IMG/VR virus record: IMGVR_UViG_2838967384_000001
Coordinates: 1,017-65,016 of that record
DNA length: 64,000 bases
Reading direction: 5' to 3' (one strand)
Origin: a virus
Taxonomy: Duplodnaviria > Caudoviricetes
Shown here: positions 45,746 through 55,100 of the stretch, piece by piece
Numbering within the stretch: position 1 is the stretch's first letter
Layout of the letters: every line of letters begins with the position of its first letter
Translations under genes and position numbers: made by a program
Notes under the pieces: generated by a model
What the model was told of the DNA's origin: nothing
Databases searched by the model: none
What the model saw: the letters and a program-made list of their open reading frames with translations, nothing else

Positions 45746-47698
45746 ATGACCACGACCACCACGATCAAAGCAGGCGACTCGCCGCAGACCATCAACTTGA
45801 GCGAGGGTAAGGCGCTAACTTTGACCGGTTCGGCGGGCGCGGTCGGCGTCGCCTATCAGCTGGACCAAGTGCTGGGCGGCACGAACTCGGTAAAGTCGTG
45901 GGCGGTCGGCACCGGTGCGTTGCCGCAGATCGGACCATTCGCCGGCGCGCAGCAGTTTCAGTTGAATTGCACCGTTGGCAGCGTGACCGCCGTGGTAGGC
46001 GATGCCGTGCTGGTAGCCGCGCAGCTGCAATACGACTCAAACGGCAACGTCTCCGGCATCACGGCAGGCGGTAAGAATTATGCGCTGGCTCAGCGCACGC
46101 TGGCGCGCCCACCTGACGTGACGGACAACGCCTCGCGTGGCTTCACGCTCAATTCCATCTGGCAGGCGCTCGGCAAGATCTGGCAGCCGGTCGCGGCACC
46201 GGACGCCACGTCGGCGGCTTGGGGCGAGCTGCCGGTCCCTGGCGGCTGCTTCACCGACATCGTTGGCACTACCAATACGATCTTCGCAGGCGGCTTCGTC
46301 GCCATGAAGGCTGGCTACACCGGCGCGGCGGTCGACATCAGCGTGACCATCGCGACGACGCCGACGACCTTCACGATCAATATCCTGGCATCGGGTGAGA
46401 TTGATGTGATCGCCTTGCAGAGCGCGATTGCGCAGGCGGACGCCGGAACCGACGTCACCTGCACCAAGCTCTACGACCAGTCTGGCTCCGGCAACCACTA
46501 CGTCAAGTCTGCCTCGTACCCAGCACCGTATGTGACCTTCGACGACGCCCTTGGCCGCTACTGCCTGGCGACGAATGGCCCATACGCTGGCGCACCACGC
46601 ACGCTGAAGGCGCCGGTCGGCGTCATCACCACCGGCGCGCTGAGCTCGGGCTACGGCGTTGTTGGCAACGCTTATAGCACGCTCACCATCGGTCGCGGTG
46701 TCTCCTCGGCCAGCAACGGCTTGCCCGCTCTGTATGCCCTGGGCGACAACACGAATGCCACGACCGCAGACCGCCGCTTCTGCAGCGCGATAGCTGGCGT
46801 CAACGGAAAGTTCAACGTCTGGCGCGGGTTTGCAAAATGCAACCATTCTCCGGATCAGTTCGTTGACTCGCAGCCATCCGTAGTCGTCACCGTCTCAGCG
46901 ACTGCGAATACTTACCTGTCGATCAACGAGAGCGTGGGCGTCGCGACGACCACCAACGACACCGCGGTCTATACCAGCGGCTGGCTGTTCACCTACGACC
47001 CGTCGGCCAGCGATCTGGTCGGCTCACACCGTATGGTGGCTTTCGCCGTGGCCAACGTTGCGCTGACTACCACGCAACAGGCCCGCCTGCGCCAGGCGTC
47101 GTATGCTCGCTTCGATATCCGCCCGCAGGCGCTCGACCAGATCGTGCTCTGCGGCGACAGCCGCACTTCGTCCGCTCAGCCGACGAACAAGCGCTTCGAC
47201 TCGCTTGCGCTCCAGCTCGCATCTCGTCTCGGCAAGGTCGCGCGCGTGATCGGCATGGGGAACGGCAGCTATACCAACGCCCAGATTCTGGCGAACCAGA
47301 TCCCGACTATCGTCTCGATGTTCAACCCGAACGTCAAGAATACCGTCTTCTATTTGGCCAGTGTGAACGACGGCTCAGCCGGCTCCACCCCGGCGCAGAT
47401 GTTCGCAGCGATACAGGCCAGCCTGACGCCACTGAAGGCTGCCGGCTGGCGCGTAGTGCTGATAAACGAGCTGGCAACCACGAGCACCACAAACTCCATC
47501 AACACGCAGTTGCCAATCTTGCGTTCGATGATCACAGCAGCCGGGCCAGCCGGCATGGGCTGTGATGCAATCCTCGATCCGCTGCAGTTCTCGCCCTTGG
47601 CCACGCCTGCCAATACAGCCTTCTACGCTGACGGCCTTCACCCCACCGTTGCATGTGATGCGATGCTGGCCTCGGCGATGGTCGCATATTGCGCATAA
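45746..47698 (+). CDS. Virion-associated protein with lectin-like domain and C-terminal SGNH/GDSL hydrolase
   Basis: KLYDQSGSGNH; IVLCGDS, GNGS, SVND, DGLHP. Confidence 0.75.
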   Translation: MTTTTTIKAGDSPQTINLSEGKALTLTGSAGAVGVAYQLDQVLGGTNSVKSWAVGTGALPQIGPFAGAQQFQLNCTVGSVTAVVGDAVLVAAQLQYDSNGNVSGITAGGKNYALAQRTLARPPDVTDNASRGFTLNSIWQALGKIWQPVAAPDATSAAWGELPVPGGCFTDIVGTTNTIFAGGFVAMKAGYTGAAVDISVTIATTPTTFTINILASGEIDVIALQSAIAQADAGTDVTCTKLYDQSGSGNHYVKSASYPAPYVTFDDALGRYCLATNGPYAGAPRTLKAPVGVITTGALSSGYGVVGNAYSTLTIGRGVSSASNGLPALYALGDNTNATTADRRFCSAIAGVNGKFNVWRGFAKCNHSPDQFVDSQPSVVVTVSATANTYLSINESVGVATTTNDTAVYTSGWLFTYDPSASDLVGSHRMVAFAVANVALTTTQQARLRQASYARFDIRPQALDQIVLCGDSRTSSAQPTNKRFDSLALQLASRLGKVARVIGMGNGSYTNAQILANQIPTIVSMFNPNVKNTVFYLASVNDGSAGSTPAQMFAAIQASLTPLKAAGWRVVLINELATTSTTNSINTQLPILRSMITAAGPAGMGCDAILDPLQFSPLATPANTAFYADGLHPTVACDAMLASAMVAYCA

Positions 47699-47707
47699 GG
47701 CATCTAG

Positions 47708-48229
47708 ATGACCCTGATCGTTGAAACTGGCGTCGGCCTGGCGAACGCCGAGAGCTACATCTCGGTCGCCGACGCGACGACCTACCATGCCAACCGCGGC
47801 AACAGCGCGTGGGCGGCGCTGGCCTCCGACATCGTGCGCGAGCAGCTGTTGCGCCAGGCAACCGAGTATATGGTCGGCCGATACCGCGACAACTGGAAGG
47901 GGCAGCGCACAGGCATTGTGCAGGCGCTGGACTGGCCGCGCTACAACGTGCAGCTGCCGGACGTAGGCTTTGGCGCCATCGCCGCCTACGTTCCGTGGAA
48001 TGTCGTTCCGGTCGAGGTTGCAAACGCCTGTGCGGTACTGGCGCTGCAAGCCATCAGCGGCCCGCTTGCGCCGAACCTGGAGCGGACCATCAAGCAGGAC
48101 ACAGTCGGACCGCTGACCACGATCTACGCCGACGGCGCGCCAGAGAAGCCGCGCTATACGGCCGTCGACAACATGCTGAAGGCGTATCTGGCTGGCTCCG
48201 GCACGTCGGGGAAGTTGGTGCGCGGATGA
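47708..48229 (+). CDS. Head-tail adaptor (DnaT-like family)
   Basis: LIVETGVGLANAESYISVADA...QALDWPR. Confidence 0.8.
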   Translation: MTLIVETGVGLANAESYISVADATTYHANRGNSAWAALASDIVREQLLRQATEYMVGRYRDNWKGQRTGIVQALDWPRYNVQLPDVGFGAIAAYVPWNVVPVEVANACAVLALQAISGPLAPNLERTIKQDTVGPLTTIYADGAPEKPRYTAVDNMLKAYLAGSGTSGKLVRG

Positions 48230-48666
48230 GCGTTAATCCGAGTATGCACCGCGAGGCGTTCAACCTCCTGTGCGACGAGCTGATCTACCAGGGGATGTCG
48301 CGCGCCGTCTGGTCCAGTGAGATCTTGCCGGACTGCGTTATCAAGGTAGAGGACCGCCACGGCTACTTCCAGAACGTGATCGAGTGGGAAACCTGGCAGC
48401 GCGTCAAGGATACGCCGCTGGCGCGCTGGTTCGCACCTTGCCGATGGATCAGCCCGAACGGAGCCATCCTGGTGATGGAGCGCACGCGCCAAGCAGGTGA
48501 CGCGCAATACCCGGACAAGATGCCGGCTTTCCTCTGCGACTTTAAACGACGTAACTACGGGATGCTGGGCGCCGATCTGGTTTGTCACGACTACGGAACC
48601 AACATGCTGTTCGAGAACGGCATGACCAAACGCATGACGAAAGCCCAGTGGTGTGACACGAAATGA
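48226..48666 (+). CDS. Minimal protein-kinase-like protein
   Basis: QGMSRAVW, VIKVE, QNVIEW, LVME, DFKRRNYG, CHDYG. Confidence 0.7.
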   Translation: MSVNPSMHREAFNLLCDELIYQGMSRAVWSSEILPDCVIKVEDRHGYFQNVIEWETWQRVKDTPLARWFAPCRWISPNGAILVMERTRQAGDAQYPDKMPAFLCDFKRRNYGMLGADLVCHDYGTNMLFENGMTKRMTKAQWCDTK

Positions 48667-49046
48667 GCGACTACGCCACCAAGGCCAAGAACGCCGACGC
48701 GACATTCCGCCGCAAGGGCCAGCTGCTGACGCTGACCTTCAAGCAGCCGGGCACCTACGCCGGCGGCGCGGCCATCCCCGGCACGCCCATCGTGAAGCAG
48801 GCTTGGGGCATCGAGGAGGGCGTCACCGCGCGCGACCTGGGCGTCGGCGTCATCAACGGCACGCTGATCAAGTCGGGCGACCGCAAGATCCTCGTATCCG
48901 CACTGGATAGCACCGGCGTCGCGCTGCCGATTCCGAAGAATGAGGACCAGGTGCTGGCCGGCGGCGCGCTGTACACGCTGAAGAACGTCGACAAGGTGGC
49001 GCCGGGTGGTGTGGTCGTAATGTGGTCGCTGGTGGGGCGGGTCTGA
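48663..49046 (+). CDS. Head closure / neck protein
   Basis: INGTLIKSGDRKILV; position in the neck module. Confidence 0.7.
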   Translation: MSDYATKAKNADATFRRKGQLLTLTFKQPGTYAGGAAIPGTPIVKQAWGIEEGVTARDLGVGVINGTLIKSGDRKILVSALDSTGVALPIPKNEDQVLAGGALYTLKNVDKVAPGGVVVMWSLVGRV

Positions 49047-49546
49047 TGACGATGTCGTTCTCGCTGCAGATTGCGGCATGGGTGAACAAGACCAAGGACG
49101 ATACAAACAGGGTACTTCGGTATGCGCTGATGGGGATCGATACCAGGCTGGTCCAGAAGTCTCCCGTAGGTGACGCGAAGTACTGGATCAGCCCTCCGCC
49201 CAAGGGGTATGTCGGCGGCCGGTTTCGTGCGAACTGGCAGATGTCGATCGGTGCGCCCCCATCAGGCACCTTGAGCGGGATCGACCAGTCTGAAGGCGGC
49301 ACCCAGACCATCGATTCACACGCTGCTGTCTATACCTCCGTGCAGGCAGGCCAGGTAATTTATCTGGTAAACAACCTCCCTTATGCGAAACGAATTGAAA
49401 ACGGATGGTCACGCCGGCAGGCCCCAATCGGCATCGTGGCGCTGACCGTCTTGGAGTGGCAGAAGATTATCGACAAGGCTGTCGACGATGTCAGAGCAAC
49501 CAGCGCCGAAGACTTCACGCAGGGCTACCAGAGCTACGGACTATGA
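49046..49546 (+). CDS. Tail completion protein (HK97 gp10-like)
   Basis: SPVGD, GRFRANWQMS, NNLPYAKRIENGWS. Confidence 0.75.
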   Translation: MTMSFSLQIAAWVNKTKDDTNRVLRYALMGIDTRLVQKSPVGDAKYWISPPPKGYVGGRFRANWQMSIGAPPSGTLSGIDQSEGGTQTIDSHAAVYTSVQAGQVIYLVNNLPYAKRIENGWSRRQAPIGIVALTVLEWQKIIDKAVDDVRATSAEDFTQGYQSYGL

Positions 49547-49959
49547 CTGACGACCCAATCATCCACATCCGCAATGCACTGGAAGCAGCGCTGGCCAGCA
49601 TCACGCCGGCGATCGACATCGTGCACGAGAACGAGTCCTACGACCCAGTCCCGGACCAGCCGTACTGCGAGCCCTACCTACTGGTTGGCCTGCCCGACAA
49701 TTCGACAATAGGATCGGGCTACTACCAAGAGCGGGGCGTTTTCCAGATCAACCTGCAGTACCCGCCGCTGGTCGGCACCCTGGCATGCGCTACTCGCGCC
49801 GGCCTGATTCGCAACCTGTTCAAGCGCGGCGCGACGTTCGCCGACGGCGGCATCACCGTTCAAATCGACTTGACGCCCGGGATCGGAATGGGCGACGTCG
49901 AAACAGGGCGCTGGAAGCAAATTATCCGGTGCCGCTGGCACGCCGACATCTTCACCTAA
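49543..49959 (+). CDS. Tail terminator-like protein
   Basis: ERGVFQINLQYP...IRNLFKRG; precedes the tail tube gene. Confidence 0.7.
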   Translation: MTDDPIIHIRNALEAALASITPAIDIVHENESYDPVPDQPYCEPYLLVGLPDNSTIGSGYYQERGVFQINLQYPPLVGTLACATRAGLIRNLFKRGATFADGGITVQIDLTPGIGMGDVETGRWKQIIRCRWHADIFT

Positions 49960-50043
49960 TACAGCATCACCGAGCCGCCGAAAGGCGGTTTTTCATTTCG
50001 GCTCGCCATGTGCGGGCCTTTTTCATTTTGAAAGGCTATCGCC

Positions 50044-51261
50044 ATGACCGTCGCACAAGGTATTAACAAGAAAACAGTTGTCAAAGTCCAGACTGGTCTG
50101 GGCGTGCCAGCCGCTGGCACCGGCGGCCAAGAGCTGCGCCGCGTCACTTCGGTGGCGAAAGAGGCGCGCGCCACCTACGAGAATAACGAGATCGTGGGCC
50201 ACCAGCAGTCGACCGGTGTAAATTTGGGCACGGCAAGCACCGACTGGCAATTCGACGGCCTGCTGTCGCCCGGCACCTATTCCTCGGTTCTGGCCGCACT
50301 GATCCGCAAGGCCTTCACCGCCACGGCGGCGAGCACCGCGCTGTCGCTAACCGTAGCCGGCGCCGGACCATACACGTTGACCCGTGCCACTGGCAGCTTC
50401 CTGACCGATGGCGTGAAGATCGGCGACGTCGTTCGCATCACGGCCGGCACCTACGCCAACCCGGTGAACCGAGATAACAACATCCTGCTGACGGGCGTCA
50501 CCGCCCTGGTGCTGACGGGCGTGACCCTGAACGGCACTACGCTGATCGCCGAGGGACCTGTGGCCGCGTCGACGGTCACGGTGATCGGCAAGAAGGCGAT
50601 CGCGCCGCTGACCGGCCACACGGACGTCATCTTCACTGTCGAAGAATGGTATGCCGACATCGCCCGCTCGGAACTGTTCCCGGATATCCGCATCGGCAAG
50701 GCTGACGTCGGCATTCCGGCATCCGGCAACTGCACGCTGAAGCTGGCCTCGATGGGCCTGGGCGTTCGCACGTTGGGTTCTGCCCAGGTGCTGACCACGC
50801 CAACTGCGGCAACCACCACTCCTGTGCTGACCGGCGTGCGCGGTGTGCTGGTGCAGGGCGGCGTCGCCATCGGCAATTGCACCGGCGTCAGCTTTTCGAT
50901 CGATGGTGCGCTGACGGCGGAAGGGCCGGTCGTAGGCTCTAACTTCAGCCCCGATATGTCGCGCGGCCGGATCAAGGTCACGGGCCAATTCACGGCGTTG
51001 TTCGATAGCGCAACCCTCTCGACGCTGTACCACGGTGAAACGCTGACGTCGCTGATCCCCGTCATGACGGCCGACACGACCAACAACTCCGACTTCGTGG
51101 CCTTCAACATGTCCGCGATCAAGTTGACCGGCGACGCCCCGGACGATGGCGAAAAGGCCGTGATCCGTACCTACCCGTTCACCGCTCAGCTGAACGCCGC
51201 CGGCGGCGCTGCGCTGGCTAACGACCAGACCATCATTTCTATCCAGGATTCCCTGGCCTGA
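50044..51261 (+). CDS. Tail tube protein
   Basis: Beta-rich; GRIKVTGQFTALF; position before chaperone and tape measure. Confidence 0.8.
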   Translation: MTVAQGINKKTVVKVQTGLGVPAAGTGGQELRRVTSVAKEARATYENNEIVGHQQSTGVNLGTASTDWQFDGLLSPGTYSSVLAALIRKAFTATAASTALSLTVAGAGPYTLTRATGSFLTDGVKIGDVVRITAGTYANPVNRDNNILLTGVTALVLTGVTLNGTTLIAEGPVAASTVTVIGKKAIAPLTGHTDVIFTVEEWYADIARSELFPDIRIGKADVGIPASGNCTLKLASMGLGVRTLGSAQVLTTPTAATTTPVLTGVRGVLVQGGVAIGNCTGVSFSIDGALTAEGPVVGSNFSPDMSRGRIKVTGQFTALFDSATLSTLYHGETLTSLIPVMTADTTNNSDFVAFNMSAIKLTGDAPDDGEKAVIRTYPFTAQLNAAGGAALANDQTIISIQDSLA

Positions 51262-51386
51262 TCCATGCCCGGCCGAGCGCCGGGCTCCACTTTGGCGCAA
51301 GCCACCCCAGCACCGACCGGTCGCTGTCGCCTTTCGCGGGCGCGGCGGCCGGCACGGGCACTTACTACCTCGCGAAAGGCAACACC

Positions 51387-51872
51387 ATGGAAAACCTGAA
51401 TAACACCAAAGCCGCCTCCCACGATCTGGATGCTCTGCTGAGCCCTGAAGCCGACAAGGTCACCTTCAAGGTGCCGGTCATCGTCGACGCCGACGGCAAC
51501 CCGGAATCGGGCTTCATCATCGTCGGCCGCAACAGCCCCGAATACCGCGAAGCCGACAAGGCTGTGCGCATCGTCAACCAGAAGGCCGCTGCCAATCGCA
51601 CGAAAGCGATCGACCTGAAGACCGATGCTGGCGCCGCCAAGGTGGTCGGTATCGTTGACGACCAGGACGTGGCCCGCGCCGCCGCGGTCGTTGTCGACTG
51701 GTTCGGCTGGGACAAGGATGGTGCACCTCGTCCATTCGACAAATCGGCGATGCCCAAGATCCTGACTGTCAAGCCGACCTGGCTGGCGAAGATCAACGCT
51801 GCTCTGATGGAGGACAACAATTTTTTGCCGGTCTCGCCGACCAGCTCCGAGCCTTCGCCGAGCAGCAACTAA
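51387..51872 (+). CDS. Tail assembly chaperone (G-like)
   Basis: Between tube and tape measure; slippery T TTT TTG at 51821-51827. Confidence 0.75.
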   Translation: MENLNNTKAASHDLDALLSPEADKVTFKVPVIVDADGNPESGFIIVGRNSPEYREADKAVRIVNQKAAANRTKAIDLKTDAGAAKVVGIVDDQDVARAAAVVVDWFGWDKDGAPRPFDKSAMPKILTVKPTWLAKINAALMEDNNFLPVSPTSSEPSPSSN

Positions 51873-52183
51873 GTCTCGGCGCCGTCCAGAGTGACGGCTG
51901 CACGTTGCGTGAGCACCTAGAGGCTCACGAGCGCGCAACAGGGGAGACGCCGCCAGATCTGTTACCGGCGCCCTTCCCGCACGAGATCGGGCACCTGTGG
52001 GACTGGTTCCGCCAGATATCGCGCATGCGCCAGAACAACGGTATGGGCGTCTCCCCACTTTCCACCGAAATCCTGACCTGGCAATCGCTGAGCCACATCG
52101 AACTAAATCCGTACGAGCTCGATGTGATCTGGTCGCTAGATTCGATGTACCTGGAACACCAAAGTAAGAAAGCCACGACATGA
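51821..52183 (+). CDS. Tail chaperone -1 frameshift extension (T-like)
   Basis: -1 frame is open from the slippery site (FAGLADQLRAFAEQQL...) into the ORF ending at 52183. Confidence 0.75.
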   Translation, partial: FFAGLADQLRAFAEQQLSLGAVQSDGCTLREHLEAHERATGETPPDLLPAPFPHEIGHLWDWFRQISRMRQNNGMGVSPLSTEILTWQSLSHIELNPYELDVIWSLDSMYLEHQSKKATT

Positions 52184-55100
52184 CAGACTTCGCCTCCCTC
52201 GGTATTCAGCTGGATTCGCGCCCTCTGACGGATGGTGCGAAGGCAATGGATGCCGTGGCGGAGGCGGCTGTGCGCGTGGATCAGCGCGCGGCGTCGATGA
52301 ATGGCCAGATGAACGATACGGCCAAGATCATGCGCGCCCAGGCGGAGCAGGCCAAGGCCACGGCCAGCGCAAATGCCGTGCTGGGAAATTCGACGTCGCA
52401 GATGACGATCGGCTCCCAACTCTTCATCGAGAAGCTGCGCGAGCAGGCTGCCACCGTTGGGATGAGCCGCTCGCAGCTGGCCGCCTATCAGGCCGCGCAG
52501 TTGGGCGTCTCTCGCGAGGCTGAGGCGTCCGTGGCGAAGCTGAAGGCCTACGAGGACCAGGTCAAGGCGCTGGCCGATGCCAAGGCTGCTGCAGCCAAGC
52601 AGACCAACGTCCTGACCGACGCGATAAAACTGCTGTCCGCCGGCTATGGCGCGCTGAAGCTGGGCGAGTACATCAAGGATGCTGCGCTGTTGGCCGCGCG
52701 CTACGAGACGCTGGGCGTCGTGTCGACCGTCGTCGGCAAGAATGCCGGCTACACCAAGACGCAGATGGATACGGCCACCGACGCCATTGCGCGCCAGGGT
52801 ATCACCATGATCGAATCGCGTCAGTCGGCCATCAAGTTGGTGCAGGCGCACATCGACCTGACCAATGCAACCGGCCTGGCCCGCATTGCGCAGGACGCCG
52901 CGGTAATCGGCAATATCAATTCGTCCGAGGCATTCGACCGCCTGGTGAACGGTGTTGCGCGCGGCAACGTGCTGATCCTGCGCAACATCGGCATCAACGT
53001 GAACCTGCAGTCGACCTACGAGCAGATGGCCGCATCGCTGGGCAAAAGCTCGAAGGAGCTGACCGAGAACGAGCGGGTGCAGGCGCGCCTGAACGCCGTG
53101 CTCGAGCGCGGCACCGATATCGCCGGCACCTACGAGGCCGCGATGGACACCGCCGGCAAGCAGCTGAAGTCGATGCAGCGCTATACCGAGGACCTGAAGA
53201 CGGTCATCGGTGAGACCTTCAACGAGGTGCTGACAATCGGGGTGATGGCGCTGACCGACAGCTTGAAGGATGCAAATCACGAGGTCACAGAGCTGTCGAA
53301 GAACAACCAGTTGAAAGACTGGGGGCACGGCCTCGCGGAAGTGTTTGTCTACCTGGCGAACAAGGTCAGCAATGCTAGCACCGTGCTCCAGCAGGCATGG
53401 GCATGGGCAGACCACAAGTCCGCCGCCGACGACATCAGCGCGAAATACGAAGCCCAGATCCAAGACCCGAAGACTCAGGGCGCCGTGTTCGATGTGTCCG
53501 GCCGGAACGATCGTATCCGACGCATCAAATCCGAGCGCGACGCGGCACTGGCTGAGGAAACCGTCGCCTATGTCACGCACCAGGCTGAACTGTCGAGCCA
53601 GTATGACCGATTCTCCAAGGCGGCTGCCGAGCGCGAAACTGCGATGACCGCCAAGCACAAGGCTGAGGCAGACGCACGCTTGAAGGTGGACCAGGACTAC
53701 GCCGCCAAGGCGACCGCTCTGCTGATCGCCAACGCCGGCAAGTCCGTCGAAGTGCAGCAGGCCGCCCAGGCGGCGCTGGCCAAGTCCGTCTACGTAGGCA
53801 CCCCCACGTTCCGCGACACCGAAGGCCGCGAGCCGAAGGCAAAGGTCAACCAGGCCGAAAGCACCGAACTGGCGGACCGTCTCGCCCGCATCCAGGATCT
53901 GGTCGCGGCTGAAAAGCAGATGTACGACACCATGTCCAAGATGGACGACATGTTTCATGCCGCCGGAAAGATGGGTGACGAGGAATACTACGCGAACAAG
54001 AAATCCTATTTGGCCGCGGAGTCCAAGGACCAGGTCGACGCCTACACGAAGCAGATCGCGGAAGTCGCCAAGTACCACAGCGCGACCGAGGCAGAGGCGG
54101 CCAAGAACGCGAAACAGATCAGTGATATCAGCGCCAAGCGCGCTACCGCCGAGGCGAAGGCTCAGGACGAAATCAACCTCCTGGATGCTAAAGAGTTCCT
54201 GCGCAAGGATGCGATCGCAACCGCTTCCGACGACGCCATGAACAAGTACCTGGCCAGCCTGGATCAGGAGGCCAAGAAGTTGGAAGAGTCGAACGCCGCG
54301 CACGAGACCTCGAAGGGCGCTGTCGAGCGCGAGAACATCGCCCGCCTGGACGCCGCCATCGCGGCCCAGCAGCAGTTCATGGCCGAGCAGGTGCTGTTTG
54401 GCGCCACCGATGCCGAACTGGCGCAAGCGCCCGTCATCCTCAAGTATCTGGAAGACGTGCGCGCCGCGCGCGCGCGGATCGCCTCCGGCATGGATCAACA
54501 GCAGGCGAACCAGTTCAAGGACAAGATGGCCGACCAGGCGATCAAGGACTGGCAGCGCGCCGGGCAAAGCATCGCCGACAGCCTGACTTCCGCCTTCGGC
54601 GCCGGCGGCAAGGCGCTGGGCGGCATGTTCCAGGCGTACGCCAAGGGCATGGAAGGGCAGCTGCGCGCTCAGAAGGATCTGGCCGCTGCCAAGAAACTGG
54701 CCGATGACAATCCCGAGAAGATCGAGGCTATCAACCGTGCCCAACTGGCCGGAGCTCAGTCGCAGATTCAGGGCTACGCCGGTATGACGTCCGCAGCACA
54801 GGGCTTCTTTGCCGAGGGTTCGCGCGGCTACCAGGCGATGCACGCTGCTACCGTGATGCTGCAAGGAGCGGAAGTGGCGCTGAGCCTCGTCAAGGGCGTG
54901 AACGCTGTATTGACGCAGGGAGAGGGCGACCCGTACACGGCATTCGTGCGCATGGCAGCCATGGCAGCCATTGTGACCGGCCTGGGCGTCGCACTCAGCG
55001 GCGGCGGGGGAGGTGGCGGCGGGCAGTCGGCCGCCGAGGTCCAGAAATCGCAGGGCACCGGCTCGGTTTTCGGCGACAGCTCGGCGAAGTCGGACTCGGT

